Counted from the stretch's first letter, positions 1-9,010 are shown. The stretch is DNA of 32,000 nt from Marinilabiliaceae bacterium (GCA_016342595.1 JAEINY010000038.1:3807-35806); one strand, 5' to 3'. Program-made: numbers and translations. Notes: generated by a model from the sequence alone, not told the origin.

Positions 1-1
1 T

Positions 2-448
2 CGTACTGGTGTAGATCCCTCTGCCATTACAGAAGTAACTTACCCTGTTAGTCTGGATGAAATTTTTACGGATATCTATTCCCGACTTGATTTATTTGTT
101 CAATTTAATCAGGATTCTGACCCCAATGTAAATACTTATGTGTCTACGGTAAAAAATTACCTGAACTATTTACGAAAGGGAAAGCAGATGGAATATGGGA
201 TACTGGTTATTGGTACGAAAGATGATGAGGTTCATCCAGTGCTTAAAGTTGGAGACATTGTTTTGGAACGAAAAGGAGAACCGGTGAGATGCACGGATGA
301 CTACATTAAACTTAAGGAGGCTCCTCAGCCTAATACGTTAAAGGTTTTAAGATATACAGCTGAAGGCAAAAAAGCAATCTTTACAAAACTTATCCCGGAA
401 ACAAAAATATTAGTGGGATTTGCTGATTTAGCTGAAATTGATTTATAA
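2..448 (+). CDS. 3' part of a gene entering from upstream of the window; C-terminal PDZ-like beta domain
   Basis: Frame 2 is open from base 2 with no stop, so the GTG at 140 used by the ORF track is probably internal. The tail GILVIGTKDDEVHPVLKVGDIVLERKGEPV...LKVLRYTAEGKKAIFTKL resembles a PDZ fold pattern (G-hydrophobic run, GD-hydrophobic, G-x-x-V). The stop lies 12 nt before the next ATG. Confidence 0.45.
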   Translation, partial: RTGVDPSAITEVTYPVSLDEIFTDIYSRLDLFVQFNQDSDPNVNTYVSTVKNYLNYLRKGKQMEYGILVIGTKDDEVHPVLKVGDIVLERKGEPVRCTDDYIKLKEAPQPNTLKVLRYTAEGKKAIFTKLIPETKILVGFADLAEIDL

Positions 449-459
449 AGAACACCCTT

Positions 460-2628
460 ATGAGAATGCTTTTTATAAAACTCAGAAGTTATTTTGTTTA
501 CCTGTTTGATCGTTCTGCATCGGGTTCGGTATTAAGGAAATTTGGGTTGTTACTATCACTGTTTTTAGTGATGTATTTTTTTTGGTGGGGTGTGGTGACT
601 ATGGTTGTTCCCCCAGCTCATATTCATCAAATAAACAAAGATATACCCAGTAAGAGTTGGAGCATTGTTTCTCAAATGCTGGATCCCGGTAATCAGCATA
701 TGATAGGTGATGTGACAAAAACGACAACGGATGAGGGGGTGGATAATGGCCAGATAACAGTCAACCATCGGCTGAGGTTGATTGTGTTGTTGATTTCCCT
801 GACAGGTACTTTTATATTTAGCGGACTTCTTATATCGACGTTTACGAATATTTTTGAGCAGCGCGTTAGTATAGTGCGTGAAGGCAAAATGAATTATCAT
901 TACCGGGATCATATTGTTCTGGTAGGTTTTCATTATACCTTACCAGGTATACTTCACCAGATACTAAATAAGACTGAGTACAGGAAATGTAAGATTGTTC
1001 TGCTTACCTCACATAGCTTATTGGAAGTAAAACAAACACTTTTGTCTGAAATGGATGCTTCCGCAGTTAAAAGAATCCATTTGTTATCCGGAAACAGAAC
1101 CAGTCCATCTGATCTGAAAAGGTTGTGGTTACCTTTCGCAAAAGAGATATTTGTGCTGGGGGAAACCAATGAAGCTGATCATGATTCAAGGAATATCAGT
1201 TGCCTGAATGAAATGAATGAAATCATCTGGGGTTTTCGTAAAAAGGGTAGAAAGGCAGGTAAAGCTAACGGTATAATGACCAAGACTTGTCATGTGCTAT
1301 TTGAATCACAGACGACTTATGCCATGCATCAGTTTAATAATTTTCGACCTCTGCAAGCTAATGGGAAAGCCAATTTGACTTGTCTGAATATCCATGCTTT
1401 CAGTTTCTATGAAAAATGGGCTCAAAAGGTATTTGTAGGATGCCGTCATGCTGAAATGGAATACCCACCACTTGATTTTGAGCCAATAACAGAGGATTCA
1501 GATAAATATGTGCATCTGATTGTAGCCGGTATGACCCGTATGGGGCTGGCTATGGGATTGCAGGCTGCCCGATTAGGGCATTATGCCAATCATGAACGGA
1601 AAAAGACCCGAATTACTTTTATAGATATTGATGCAGAGCGGCAAATGAATTATTTCGCCAGCCGTTTCCCAAGCTTCTTTGAAGCCGTTGATGTTACTGA
1701 GATTGATTTACTGAGAGGAACAACTCACCTTAAGCTGGGAGACCATTCGTTTATAAATGTTGAACTTTGTTTTGTTAAGGGGAGTTTTGAACAACCTGAA
1801 ACCCTGAAGAAACTGGATGTATGGACATCAGATTTAAATGCGCTGACCACGATAGCTGTTTGTTATAATGAACAGGATATCAATCTGGCGGCGGGTCTCT
1901 ATCTGCCAAAAGAGATCTATGACAGAAAGGTTCGTATCTTAATCAGGCAGCAAGCTCAACATACGATACTCAATTTACTTCAGGCAGATGAAAAGAAAGT
2001 AGACAACAGATATGCGAATACTTATGCATTTGGTATGACAAATGATTGCTTTGAGATTAATCTACATGATGATTCAAGGGCCAAAGCCATAAATTATTTT
2101 TATTGTAACGATTACATTCTTCCTGATCTTTTGGATGAGAGAATACAAAAGCAAATGAATGACTATTGGTGGGGCTTAAAAGAGCGTTTTAAGTGGTCGA
2201 GCCGATACAATGCAGAATCGATTCCAACTAAAGTAAGGGCGTTTAATGGAGGAAGGGAAACGCAAACAGAAATGGATGTGCTGTTGCATCCTGATCATGT
2301 GGAATTATTAGCCCGGATGGAGCATGCCCGCTGGAATGCAGATACCTTATTGGCTGGCTATGATGTGCCAGCAGCTGATGTTGCGGAAGAGTCAACTTTA
2401 ACTGCCGACCTTGCATGGAAGGCTTATGTTGCCGGGGGATATGATGATCGTGAGCCGGATTACCTAAAACTAAAGCTGGACCATGAAAACTATGTGGCCG
2501 ACTATAAGAGAAAAATGATTCATCCTTGTCTGGTACCTTATGAACAGCTAAGTGTTTACTATAAGGAGATTGACAGGAGGTTGGTTCGTTGTATCCCTCA
2601 GATTGAGAGAATGTCTGGAAATGAATAA
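460..2628 (+). CDS. Membrane protein: 2 TM helices, two Rossmann/RCK-like domains, C-terminal RyR domain
   Basis: 722-aa ORF. Hydrophobic helices LLLSLFLVMYFFWWGVVTMVV and LIVLLISLTGTFIFSGLLISTF. Two Rossmann-like glycine-rich strands, HIVLVGFHYTLPG and HLIVAGMTRMGLAMG. C-terminal aa 613-715 (nt 2296-2604) read LARMEHARWNADTLLAGY...KMIHPCLVPYEQLSVYYKEIDRRLV, matching the RyR-domain pattern (HxxW...G[WY]...hPxlvPYxxLs...k..Dr). No TVGYG-type selectivity filter seen. Confidence 0.65.
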   Translation: MRMLFIKLRSYFVYLFDRSASGSVLRKFGLLLSLFLVMYFFWWGVVTMVVPPAHIHQINKDIPSKSWSIVSQMLDPGNQHMIGDVTKTTTDEGVDNGQITVNHRLRLIVLLISLTGTFIFSGLLISTFTNIFEQRVSIVREGKMNYHYRDHIVLVGFHYTLPGILHQILNKTEYRKCKIVLLTSHSLLEVKQTLLSEMDASAVKRIHLLSGNRTSPSDLKRLWLPFAKEIFVLGETNEADHDSRNISCLNEMNEIIWGFRKKGRKAGKANGIMTKTCHVLFESQTTYAMHQFNNFRPLQANGKANLTCLNIHAFSFYEKWAQKVFVGCRHAEMEYPPLDFEPITEDSDKYVHLIVAGMTRMGLAMGLQAARLGHYANHERKKTRITFIDIDAERQMNYFASRFPSFFEAVDVTEIDLLRGTTHLKLGDHSFINVELCFVKGSFEQPETLKKLDVWTSDLNALTTIAVCYNEQDINLAAGLYLPKEIYDRKVRILIRQQAQHTILNLLQADEKKVDNRYANTYAFGMTNDCFEINLHDDSRAKAINYFYCNDYILPDLLDERIQKQMNDYWWGLKERFKWSSRYNAESIPTKVRAFNGGRETQTEMDVLLHPDHVELLARMEHARWNADTLLAGYDVPAADVAEESTLTADLAWKAYVAGGYDDREPDYLKLKLDHENYVADYKRKMIHPCLVPYEQLSVYYKEIDRRLVRCIPQIERMSGNE

Positions 2629-2808
2629 ATTAATTATTGAGAACTATAATAAAAAGCTGGATTCTGAGCATATGCGAAGCATTATATAGGGAAGTTGAAC
2701 TTTTCGGTGTGATATATAGATAGTTAGAAGCTGAAGAGTATAAATGTTGGTTATTTTTATACTTTAACGCAAAATAGTATTATTAAATATAAATTTTTCT
2801 TTTTGGGT

Positions 2809-3027
2809 ATGACTGATAATGATTATAAATATTTCGCTTTTATTAGCTATAGTCATGAAGATCTAAAAGTCTGCAAACAAATACATAGAAAACTTGAGGG
2901 TTATAAAGTGCCTAAAAAGTTTAGAGGTATCGTAAACGAAAAAGGTGAGCAAGTTCCTTCGAAATTAAGTCCGATTTTCCGTGATAGGGATGAACTTTCA
3001 GCTTCACCCGAGTTATGGTTAGTTTGA
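2809..3027 (+). pseudogene. Truncated TIR-domain gene (N-terminal ~70 residues only)
   Basis: MTDNDYKYFAFISYSHEDLKVCKQIHRKLEGYKVPKKF...LSPIFRDRDELSASPEL matches the start of bacterial TIR domains (FISYSxxD, FRDxxEL). It stops at TGA 3025-3027, before the part of the domain that carries the conserved catalytic Glu. ATG 2809 is preferred over the TTG at 2803. Confidence 0.65.
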
Positions 3028-3375
3028 AGATTATTGAAGGGCTTAAATGGACTTTACCGGAATGGTAAATGGGCCAAAGTAGACAGGCATTGAAATGGAG
3101 GGAAAGTGCATTTGTGCCTGGTAGGGGTAATTATTAGTGGACAATGTTTAAGGATTAATTAGTTGAGGAATGCCCGGCGGCACGATTGTTTTTTTTTGGA
3201 GATGGTCAGGTTGAAGATTATTGAAAGGCTTAAATGACTTTTGTCGGAATTGGGAATGCCTCAAAGGATAAAAACGTGTTACCAATGGAGGGACAAGATC
3301 ATTTGTGCCTGGCTTCATAATTATGAATGGTCAATGTTTAGTGATTAATGTGTGGAATGATCAATGTAAATAGAC
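3024..3375 (+). repeat. Tandem direct repeat, period 187 bp, two diverged copies (3024-3210, 3211-~3375)
   Basis: Both copies start ttgaagattattgaa[g/a]ggcttaaatg. Both share ...atggaggga(c)aag..catttgtgcctgg...aatg[g/t][a/t]caatgttta[a/g][g/t]gattaat. A third partial copy of the atggaggg.aag..tgtgcc.ggc core sits at ~3718-3745. Confidence 0.8.
3171..3197 (+). terminator. Weak intrinsic-terminator-like element at the end of repeat copy 1
   Basis: tgcc-cggc-ggca mini-hairpin (3171-3182), then cgattg and a T9 run (3189-3197). The stem is only 4 bp and is separated from the T run, so the call is weak. Confidence 0.25.
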
Positions 3376-3760
3376 GGAAGGGACTGGCTGCAAGAGAGTG
3401 TAGCGGAGCGAAACGGTTTGCGCACAGGCCCTGGAGAGGCGCGAGCCGACTGCGAGTGGAGCAAGGGTGACAGGCCGGGAACGGTGAGGTACGAACCGTG
3501 TGGGCTGGCATATGTAGTGGTTTGTGGCTGGCGGGATTATTGCTTATTCTGCAAAAGGCATGACAGGCACAGGCCAACTACACGAGGCTACCTTTGAAAA
3601 AAGCCAGAGCGCAGCGGAGGCAAATCAAATAATATCAGCCGAAGCCCGCCGCGACGAGCAGGCGAGCCAAACACAGGTAGCGGCTAAAAACACAAAGGAG
3701 CTGCCATGACGAAGAGGATGGAGGGCAAGAGGTGTGCCAGGCTGGCGATTGGGAGATAAT
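3370..3760 (+). ncRNA. Candidate structured RNA, unclassified (GC-rich, G-skewed, non-coding)
   Basis: Hand count for 3401-3480: 54/80 G+C with G:C = 35:19, versus 22/80 G+C at 3901-3980. It contains a 10-bp helix 3414-3423/3439-3448 (cggtttgcgc/gcgcgagccg, 2 G-U pairs) and a 5-bp helix 3481-3485/3495-3499. ORFs across it have implausible composition. No class signature recognised. Confidence 0.3.
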
Positions 3761-3893
3761 GAGTAACGATATGTGAGTTTACCAGGCTTATGGGCATTGA
3801 TTTGAAAATATGCTGATTGGATAATTTGATTATTCAGTGGATGACGCTTTCACTATTTTGTTAGTCATCCGATGAAATGGAGAGGAGCCACCT

Positions 3894-4292
3894 TTGGCTT
3901 TGCAGCTTTTATTTTACCTTATAAATAGACCCAAATTAAAAGAAGATGTTGATGAAAGTGTTTCTAAATCCATAGAAAACCTTGATTTAAGTAGTAAGGA
4001 GTTTGATAAGAAAATTGAATTAGTGTTTGTTATTCTGAATGACTTTTTAAAAGATGAGTATAAAATTAATGCAACTTTACTCCCTGAAATACTCGATTTA
4101 TGGAACCCTGAGAGAACAAATTATGCAGCACTAAAAATCAGAGCTTTTGACACTGGAGGGCAAGCGTTACCTTATGTGTCAAAACGGATTACTGAGCTAA
4201 TGACAATAAAAGAACCTGATAACAATACTCTTGCCATAATCCAGAACCTCCAGGAAACTAAAGACCATTTGGAGAAAATAACTAACTCCTAA
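3894..4292 (+). pseudogene. Orphaned 3' end of a longer gene (possibly the C-terminus of the disrupted TIR protein)
   Basis: Coding-like AT-rich frame that opens just after an in-frame TGA at 3873-3875. The track start is TTG and the first internal Met is residue 103. It ends with a normal stop, convergent with the minus-strand array. Confidence 0.4.
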
Positions 4293-4318
4293 TTGGTTCA
4301 TTTAATTCTTCGTAGGAC

Positions 4319-5017
4319 CTAAGCCAACAACCGTTCCAATTTCTCTTTCCATTTTTCCCAGTCAGGCATCATGCGATCCTGGAGTTCGAGGAATTTGGTG
4401 GTGTGATCGTGGTGGATGAGGTGGCAGAGTTCGTGGATGATGACATATTCGATGCAGGGGCGAGGGGCCTTGATGAGTTCGGGATTGAGTATGATTTTCC
4501 CCTTTGGGGTGCAGCTGCCCCAGCGGGTGGCCATTTCCTGGATGTAAAGATCTGAGGGTTCTATCTTGAAACGGGCAAATTTTTCGATGAGGGGCTGTGC
4601 GATCTCCTGAAATTTAACTTTGGCCCTTCTTCTGTACCATTGACTCATCAATTGCTTTACCTTGCTTTTGTCATTGGTGTATACTTCGATGAACCGGCCT
4701 TTGTAACGTACTTCTTCTTTTTTTGCTGCCGTTACTTTCAAGCGGTAGTGACGTCCCATGTAAAGATGCGATTCCCCACTGACAAAAAGCTTTTCCGGCA
4801 TCTTGGGATAAAAGGAGAGAAAATAACTTAATTGCTTAATAACCCATGGCGCCCGCTTTAGAACTTTTTCTCTGATCTTTTCTTGTGACGTACCCTCCGG
4901 TGCTTTCACCAATACTTCCATCTCCGGTGTAATTGTGATGCCCAAGGTTTTTCGTTCGGAAAAACTTATTGTGTAATCAATGGTTTTGGAACCAAATAGT
5001 ATTTCATCCTTCATCAC
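4319..5017 (-). CDS. YgjP/DUF45-like (M48-family) zinc metallopeptidase
   Basis: HExxH motif in VIIHELCHLIHHDHTTKFLELQDRMMPDWEKW, typical of the YgjP-like family often found next to hsdR. The start overlaps the hsdR stop by 4 nt (5014-5017). Confidence 0.8.
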   Translation of the reverse strand: MMKDEILFGSKTIDYTISFSERKTLGITITPEMEVLVKAPEGTSQEKIREKVLKRAPWVIKQLSYFLSFYPKMPEKLFVSGESHLYMGRHYRLKVTAAKKEEVRYKGRFIEVYTNDKSKVKQLMSQWYRRRAKVKFQEIAQPLIEKFARFKIEPSDLYIQEMATRWGSCTPKGKIILNPELIKAPRPCIEYVIIHELCHLIHHDHTTKFLELQDRMMPDWEKWKEKLERLLA

Positions 5018-8000
5018 TTGTATCTCGTTTTGGCCACATCCACCATGCGTGCTGCTATGTGGTCGATATCGCTGAAGCTTAAATTTAATTTCAACTTATC
5101 ACGCACCTCATCGATGAGGTAATCGCCTATCAGGAAGATCATCTTTTTTGATATGTCGAGGTTACTTGGGTTGGTCCAGTCGACTACAATCTGGCTTTTA
5201 ATGATGTCATCAATGGCTATGGCCACATCGACACCACTTTTTTTGATATCGGTTTCCTCCGGCCATTTATCTTTGAATTCTTCGAGTGTGATGCCATAAA
5301 AAGCTTTGGCCACTTCTCGGCTATTTAATGCTTCGGGGATTGAACTGTCGGTATGTGAAAGTACCTTCTCAGAGATGTCTTTTACCTTGTTCAGGCATTC
5401 ATTTGCGGAGATTCTGCCCTCTAAATAATCTTGAATGGTTTCGTTCAATAGTCGTGAGAATTTCTTGTAGAATGTGGGATCTTCCTCCATCTTTTCCGTT
5501 ATGTGACGCGCAGTACGTGATGCGATCTTATCAGCTTTGGCGGCCTCCCCCACTGTTTTTTCTACTTCTTTCTGAAAGGCGTCTTTATCGAAGATGTTGA
5601 CCAATTCAGTTATGATTTCTACTTTCTCAGTGGGGATGTGGGTGTCGATCAGTTTCTGGATCTGGCCTTCGTATTTTTTAAAGTCGATGGTATCAGAATA
5701 ACGTTGGACCACCGCTTTTCGCAATTTCATGAAAAAGGCCAGGTCTTCTTTGTATCGTACAATTGTTTTTGCATCGGTATTTTTGTGGTACTCAATGGAC
5801 GAAAGGGCCAGTTTGAGGATTCGTGCAAATCCTGCCAGCTTATCGTAAAACAGAACCCGCACGGCTTCATCCCGAAGGTGCTGTTGGTATGCTTCAGCAT
5901 CCCGTTTATTGGTTACTGTTTTGAATAGGTCCCATAATTCAGAATGTTTTTGCGGCAGTTTTTTGATCTCTTCATTGATATTGGTAATGGTACCGTCCAA
6001 ATCTTCCAGATCGAACTCCTCAAATGAGGAGTATGTTTCGAGTGCATTATCCAATGCACCCAACACACCATAGTAGTCAATCACGTATCCATAGTCTTTA
6101 TCCGGATAGACCCGGTTCACCCGGGCGATGGCCTGCAAAAGGGTATGTCCCTGTAATTTTCGGGTGAGGTAAAGCACGGTATTACGAGGCGCATCGAAAC
6201 CTGTTAGTAGTTTGTCGACGACTATTATAATCTCCGGATCGTCGCTGTAGGTAAAGCGGTTTATGATGTTTTTCTGGTATTTTTTGGACGTCCCATGTTC
6301 GTCCATCATCTTTTTCCAAAACTGTTTTACCAGGTCTGTTGATTCTCCGTAGGCACTGTCTTCTCCTTCCCGTTCATCGGGTGGCGAAATTACCAGCTCG
6401 GACGTCACAATTCCTATCTCGTCCAGGTAATTCTTGTATTTGACAGCTGCAGCTTTCGATTGACACACCAATTGTCCTTTGAGTGCTGTTTGCCCCTGAA
6501 AGTTTTTCTGATAGTGTCTGCTGATGTCCCAACAGATGGCGTATATTTTCTGATCGGCGATGTTGAGCTGATCTGCCCGGCTGAACTTCTTTTTGAGATC
6601 CGCTTTCTCGTAATCGTTGAGTGGTTCCGATATCATGGAGAAGAAATTATCGAGCGGTGCTTCATTTACTTTCTGATAGGCATGCCGTCCCTCGTAGAGC
6701 AATGGTTTTACGGCTTTATCTTTTACTGCTTTGTCAACGGTATAATCGTCGATGATGGTACCGAATTTGGTCAGGGTACTCTTGTCTTTTTTAAATAGTG
6801 GTGTCCCAGTGAAAGCAATGAAACAGGCATTGGGCAGTGTTTTCTGCATCTCGATGTTAAAGGTTCCATGCTGTGTACGGTGGCCTTCATCCACTAACAC
6901 AAAAATGTCGGGACTTTCCAATGGTTGGGTCATCTTCCTGACCGCCGTTTCAAATTTATTGATGATAGTGGTTACCACGGCATCCTGCTTACTTTGCAGG
7001 TGTTCGACCAGCTGACTGCCTGTTTTGGCGTTTTCCACCTCCTTGCCACATTTGCGGAATGTCTTGGTGATCTGTTCATCCAGATCGGTGCGGTCGGTTA
7101 CAAGTATGATTTTAGGGTTACGAATGGTTTTTTCCATTGCAATAGCCTGTGCCAGCATGACCATGGTTAATGATTTACCACTGCCCTGGGTGTGCCAGAT
7201 GACTCCTCCTCTCCGTTTTCCACCCACTAAATGGGTAACCTGCTTTAAGGTTTTACGGACGGCAAAGTATTGTTGGTAACGAGCAATCTTTTTTTGTCCA
7301 TTATCAAACAGGATGTAATTAAATGCAAAATCCAGCATGCGCTGCGGACGGCATAATCCGTACAAGTAGATATCCTGTTGGGTGTGCAGAACTGGTTCCT
7401 TTTCCAAGGCATCAAAGTATTGCCTGACATAAGCGAAACGGTCCGCAAATAGTTTATTCTTTTCCTTGTTATCTAAAGGCTTATTCTTTAGTTGCTCTAG
7501 TGTGGCCAGGTATGTTTTTTGTTCTTTTTCATTCAATTTCTCTTCCCAATGTGCCCAAAACTCAGCAGGCGTGCCGCAGGAGGCATATCGGCCATAATCA
7601 GTGGCCAGGCTTAACAAGGATTGGGCATAGACATATAGTGAGCGAATACCATTTTCGTGCTGATTGCGCAGGTGCTGTGAGACAGCTTGCGTAATGGGTT
7701 CTTTCATATCGGGACGCTTGCACTCAATAACACAGAGGGGGATGCCATTTACAAAAAGAACGATATCTGGGATGTAGCTTTCTTTGCTTCCTGATCGCAT
7801 CACCGTGTATTCTTCAGTGACATGAAAAATGTTATTCTCCGGTCTTTTCCAATCGATGTATTGGAGTGTGAAGCTTTTCTTATCTCCATCAATGCTTTGT
7901 TCCAGTGCCTTTCCCAGGGCTAAGAGGTTGTAAGCGTATTCGGAAGCTGCAATGTATCCATCTACTAAAGGTATCTCTTTGATGGCCTGAATGCCGGTCT

Positions 8001-8226
8001 CAATGTTATTGTCGGAGAACCTGGCGGTTTTAGCCGATGAAACATTAATGGTATTGATGGCTTTTAATTGGTTGCGTAATACGTTTTCCAGTATCACGTT
8101 AGATGTTTTACCACCACGGGCCTCCAATGCTTCATCGGGTGTGAGGTAATTGTAACCGAGTTTGATCAGTAGTTGCAGTGCCGGTAATTGGGATATGTGG
8201 TCTTCTTTGAATGATGGGGTTTGCAT
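5014..8226 (-). CDS. hsdR: Type I restriction enzyme R subunit
   Basis: 1070 aa. N-terminal PD-(D/E)xK motif (PDIVLFVNGIPLCVIECK). Helicase motifs HTQGSGKSLTM (I), FVLVDEGHRTQ (II), FTGTP (III), LLTGFDAP (V) and QAIARVNR (VI). Confidence 0.95.
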   Translation of the reverse strand: MQTPSFKEDHISQLPALQLLIKLGYNYLTPDEALEARGGKTSNVILENVLRNQLKAINTINVSSAKTARFSDNNIETGIQAIKEIPLVDGYIAASEYAYNLLALGKALEQSIDGDKKSFTLQYIDWKRPENNIFHVTEEYTVMRSGSKESYIPDIVLFVNGIPLCVIECKRPDMKEPITQAVSQHLRNQHENGIRSLYVYAQSLLSLATDYGRYASCGTPAEFWAHWEEKLNEKEQKTYLATLEQLKNKPLDNKEKNKLFADRFAYVRQYFDALEKEPVLHTQQDIYLYGLCRPQRMLDFAFNYILFDNGQKKIARYQQYFAVRKTLKQVTHLVGGKRRGGVIWHTQGSGKSLTMVMLAQAIAMEKTIRNPKIILVTDRTDLDEQITKTFRKCGKEVENAKTGSQLVEHLQSKQDAVVTTIINKFETAVRKMTQPLESPDIFVLVDEGHRTQHGTFNIEMQKTLPNACFIAFTGTPLFKKDKSTLTKFGTIIDDYTVDKAVKDKAVKPLLYEGRHAYQKVNEAPLDNFFSMISEPLNDYEKADLKKKFSRADQLNIADQKIYAICWDISRHYQKNFQGQTALKGQLVCQSKAAAVKYKNYLDEIGIVTSELVISPPDEREGEDSAYGESTDLVKQFWKKMMDEHGTSKKYQKNIINRFTYSDDPEIIIVVDKLLTGFDAPRNTVLYLTRKLQGHTLLQAIARVNRVYPDKDYGYVIDYYGVLGALDNALETYSSFEEFDLEDLDGTITNINEEIKKLPQKHSELWDLFKTVTNKRDAEAYQQHLRDEAVRVLFYDKLAGFARILKLALSSIEYHKNTDAKTIVRYKEDLAFFMKLRKAVVQRYSDTIDFKKYEGQIQKLIDTHIPTEKVEIITELVNIFDKDAFQKEVEKTVGEAAKADKIASRTARHITEKMEEDPTFYKKFSRLLNETIQDYLEGRISANECLNKVKDISEKVLSHTDSSIPEALNSREVAKAFYGITLEEFKDKWPEETDIKKSGVDVAIAIDDIIKSQIVVDWTNPSNLDISKKMIFLIGDYLIDEVRDKLKLNLSFSDIDHIAARMVDVAKTRYK

Positions 8227-8475
8227 GGGTGTTAAGGTTATTTAAAGGTGGTGTGGCTTATCCAAGTATAGCGCAAAATGAAACTGAATTATTTGTAAAG
8301 CTTTGATTTAAATTTCAATTTAGTATCTAACAATTAGACGAACAATGAAATTGATGTCGCAAAAAGTTGACGTTTATGACAAAAATGACATATATTTGCA
8401 ATGCTCATTCTACCATAATCGGAGAAAGGAGTTTCGAAGCTCGATACATCAAGATATGTACCGGGCTTTGCGGTT

Positions 8476-9003
8476 TTAATGCACTTCATCTAATTTTTTC
8501 TTTTGTTTCTTCAGAATTTGTTTTTTTCCACCCTTTTCATTTAAATAATAGGCCGTGAGCAGGTAATAATCCATTCCACTCCTCTGAGGTTCCAAAATTA
8601 TCACGTACTCCTCCACATGATCATAGATATAGGTTCGAATCACATCTTTTCCCTTGATGCGATCTTCATGACTAAAAACGTCGATATTCGCCTTTCTCAA
8701 CTCATCGATATGTGTTTTAATCCAGTGCAACCTGACAGATCGGTGCATATCGAAAGAGCGCGCCCCGGTATTTTTACCTTTCTCGTCTTTATCCTCTTTG
8801 GTCGTCAGATGACCAAAAAGCGTTAACATGGGTGATTCTCCCTCTTTTTTTGTGGGACGAATTGCTTTTGACCTAAATTGAAAACTTACATTTTCCTCAA
8901 TGTCTTGTTTGAAAACACCCATCAATGATTTTTTTCTTTGATGGGGATTAAACTGAGCAATTTCCAACAATTCAGGATATGTTTTAATAAGATTAAACGG
9001 CAT
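8476..9003 (-). CDS. Hypothetical protein, translationally coupled partner of the DUF3800 gene
   Basis: ATG at 9001-9003 lies 7 nt after the DUF3800 stop (9011-9013). The longer track ORF (to 9105) would overlap DUF3800 by 95 nt. 175 aa, basic tail; contains RSVRLHWIKTHIDEL and YYLLTAYYL. No family recognised. Confidence 0.55.
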   Translation of the reverse strand: MPFNLIKTYPELLEIAQFNPHQRKKSLMGVFKQDIEENVSFQFRSKAIRPTKKEGESPMLTLFGHLTTKEDKDEKGKNTGARSFDMHRSVRLHWIKTHIDELRKANIDVFSHEDRIKGKDVIRTYIYDHVEEYVIILEPQRSGMDYYLLTAYYLNEKGGKKQILKKQKKKLDEVH

Positions 9004-9010
9004 ACCTGAA

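Noticed and set aside
565-1169. Minus-strand ORFs (565-933, 693-887, 954-1169) inside the 722-aa gene
   Set aside because: They are antisense shadows of a long, motif-bearing plus-strand ORF. Their composition is odd (H/N/C-rich) and no motifs are present.
3024-3375. 187-bp repeats as a DGR template/variable repeat pair or a CRISPR array
   Set aside because: Differences between the copies include indels and all substitution types, not adenine-specific changes. No reverse transcriptase is nearby. The two long contiguous units have no spacers and no short constant repeats.
3338-3709. ORFs 3338-3577 (-) and 3524-3709 (+) in the GC-rich island
   Set aside because: The translations are Cys/His/Pro/Ala-rich or Ala/Gln/Glu-rich, with no start context or motif. 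The open frames are better explained by the GC-rich composition having few stop codons.
3370-3800. tmRNA, RNase P RNA or SRP RNA identity for the GC-rich island
   Set aside because: There is no GGGG 5' acceptor or T-loop/CCA end, and no tag ORF ending in Ala-Ala-stop. There is no GAGGAAAGUCC-type RNase P core. Only a 10-nt gtttaccagg match (near 3777) resembles SRP RNA, without the following GGAAGCAGCC helix.
5328-7694. Numerous plus-strand ORFs of 60-112 aa across hsdR; similar antisense ORFs occur across hsdS, fic, hsdM, the KAP fusion, mcrBC and the 1458-aa gene
   Set aside because: All lie fully inside long minus-strand genes with clear catalytic motifs. They are typical antisense-frame artefacts of an AT-rich sequence.
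8631-8641. ggttcgaatca, which resembles a tRNA T-loop
   Set aside because: The flanking bases cannot form a T-stem or acceptor stem, and it lies inside a coding region on the opposite strand.
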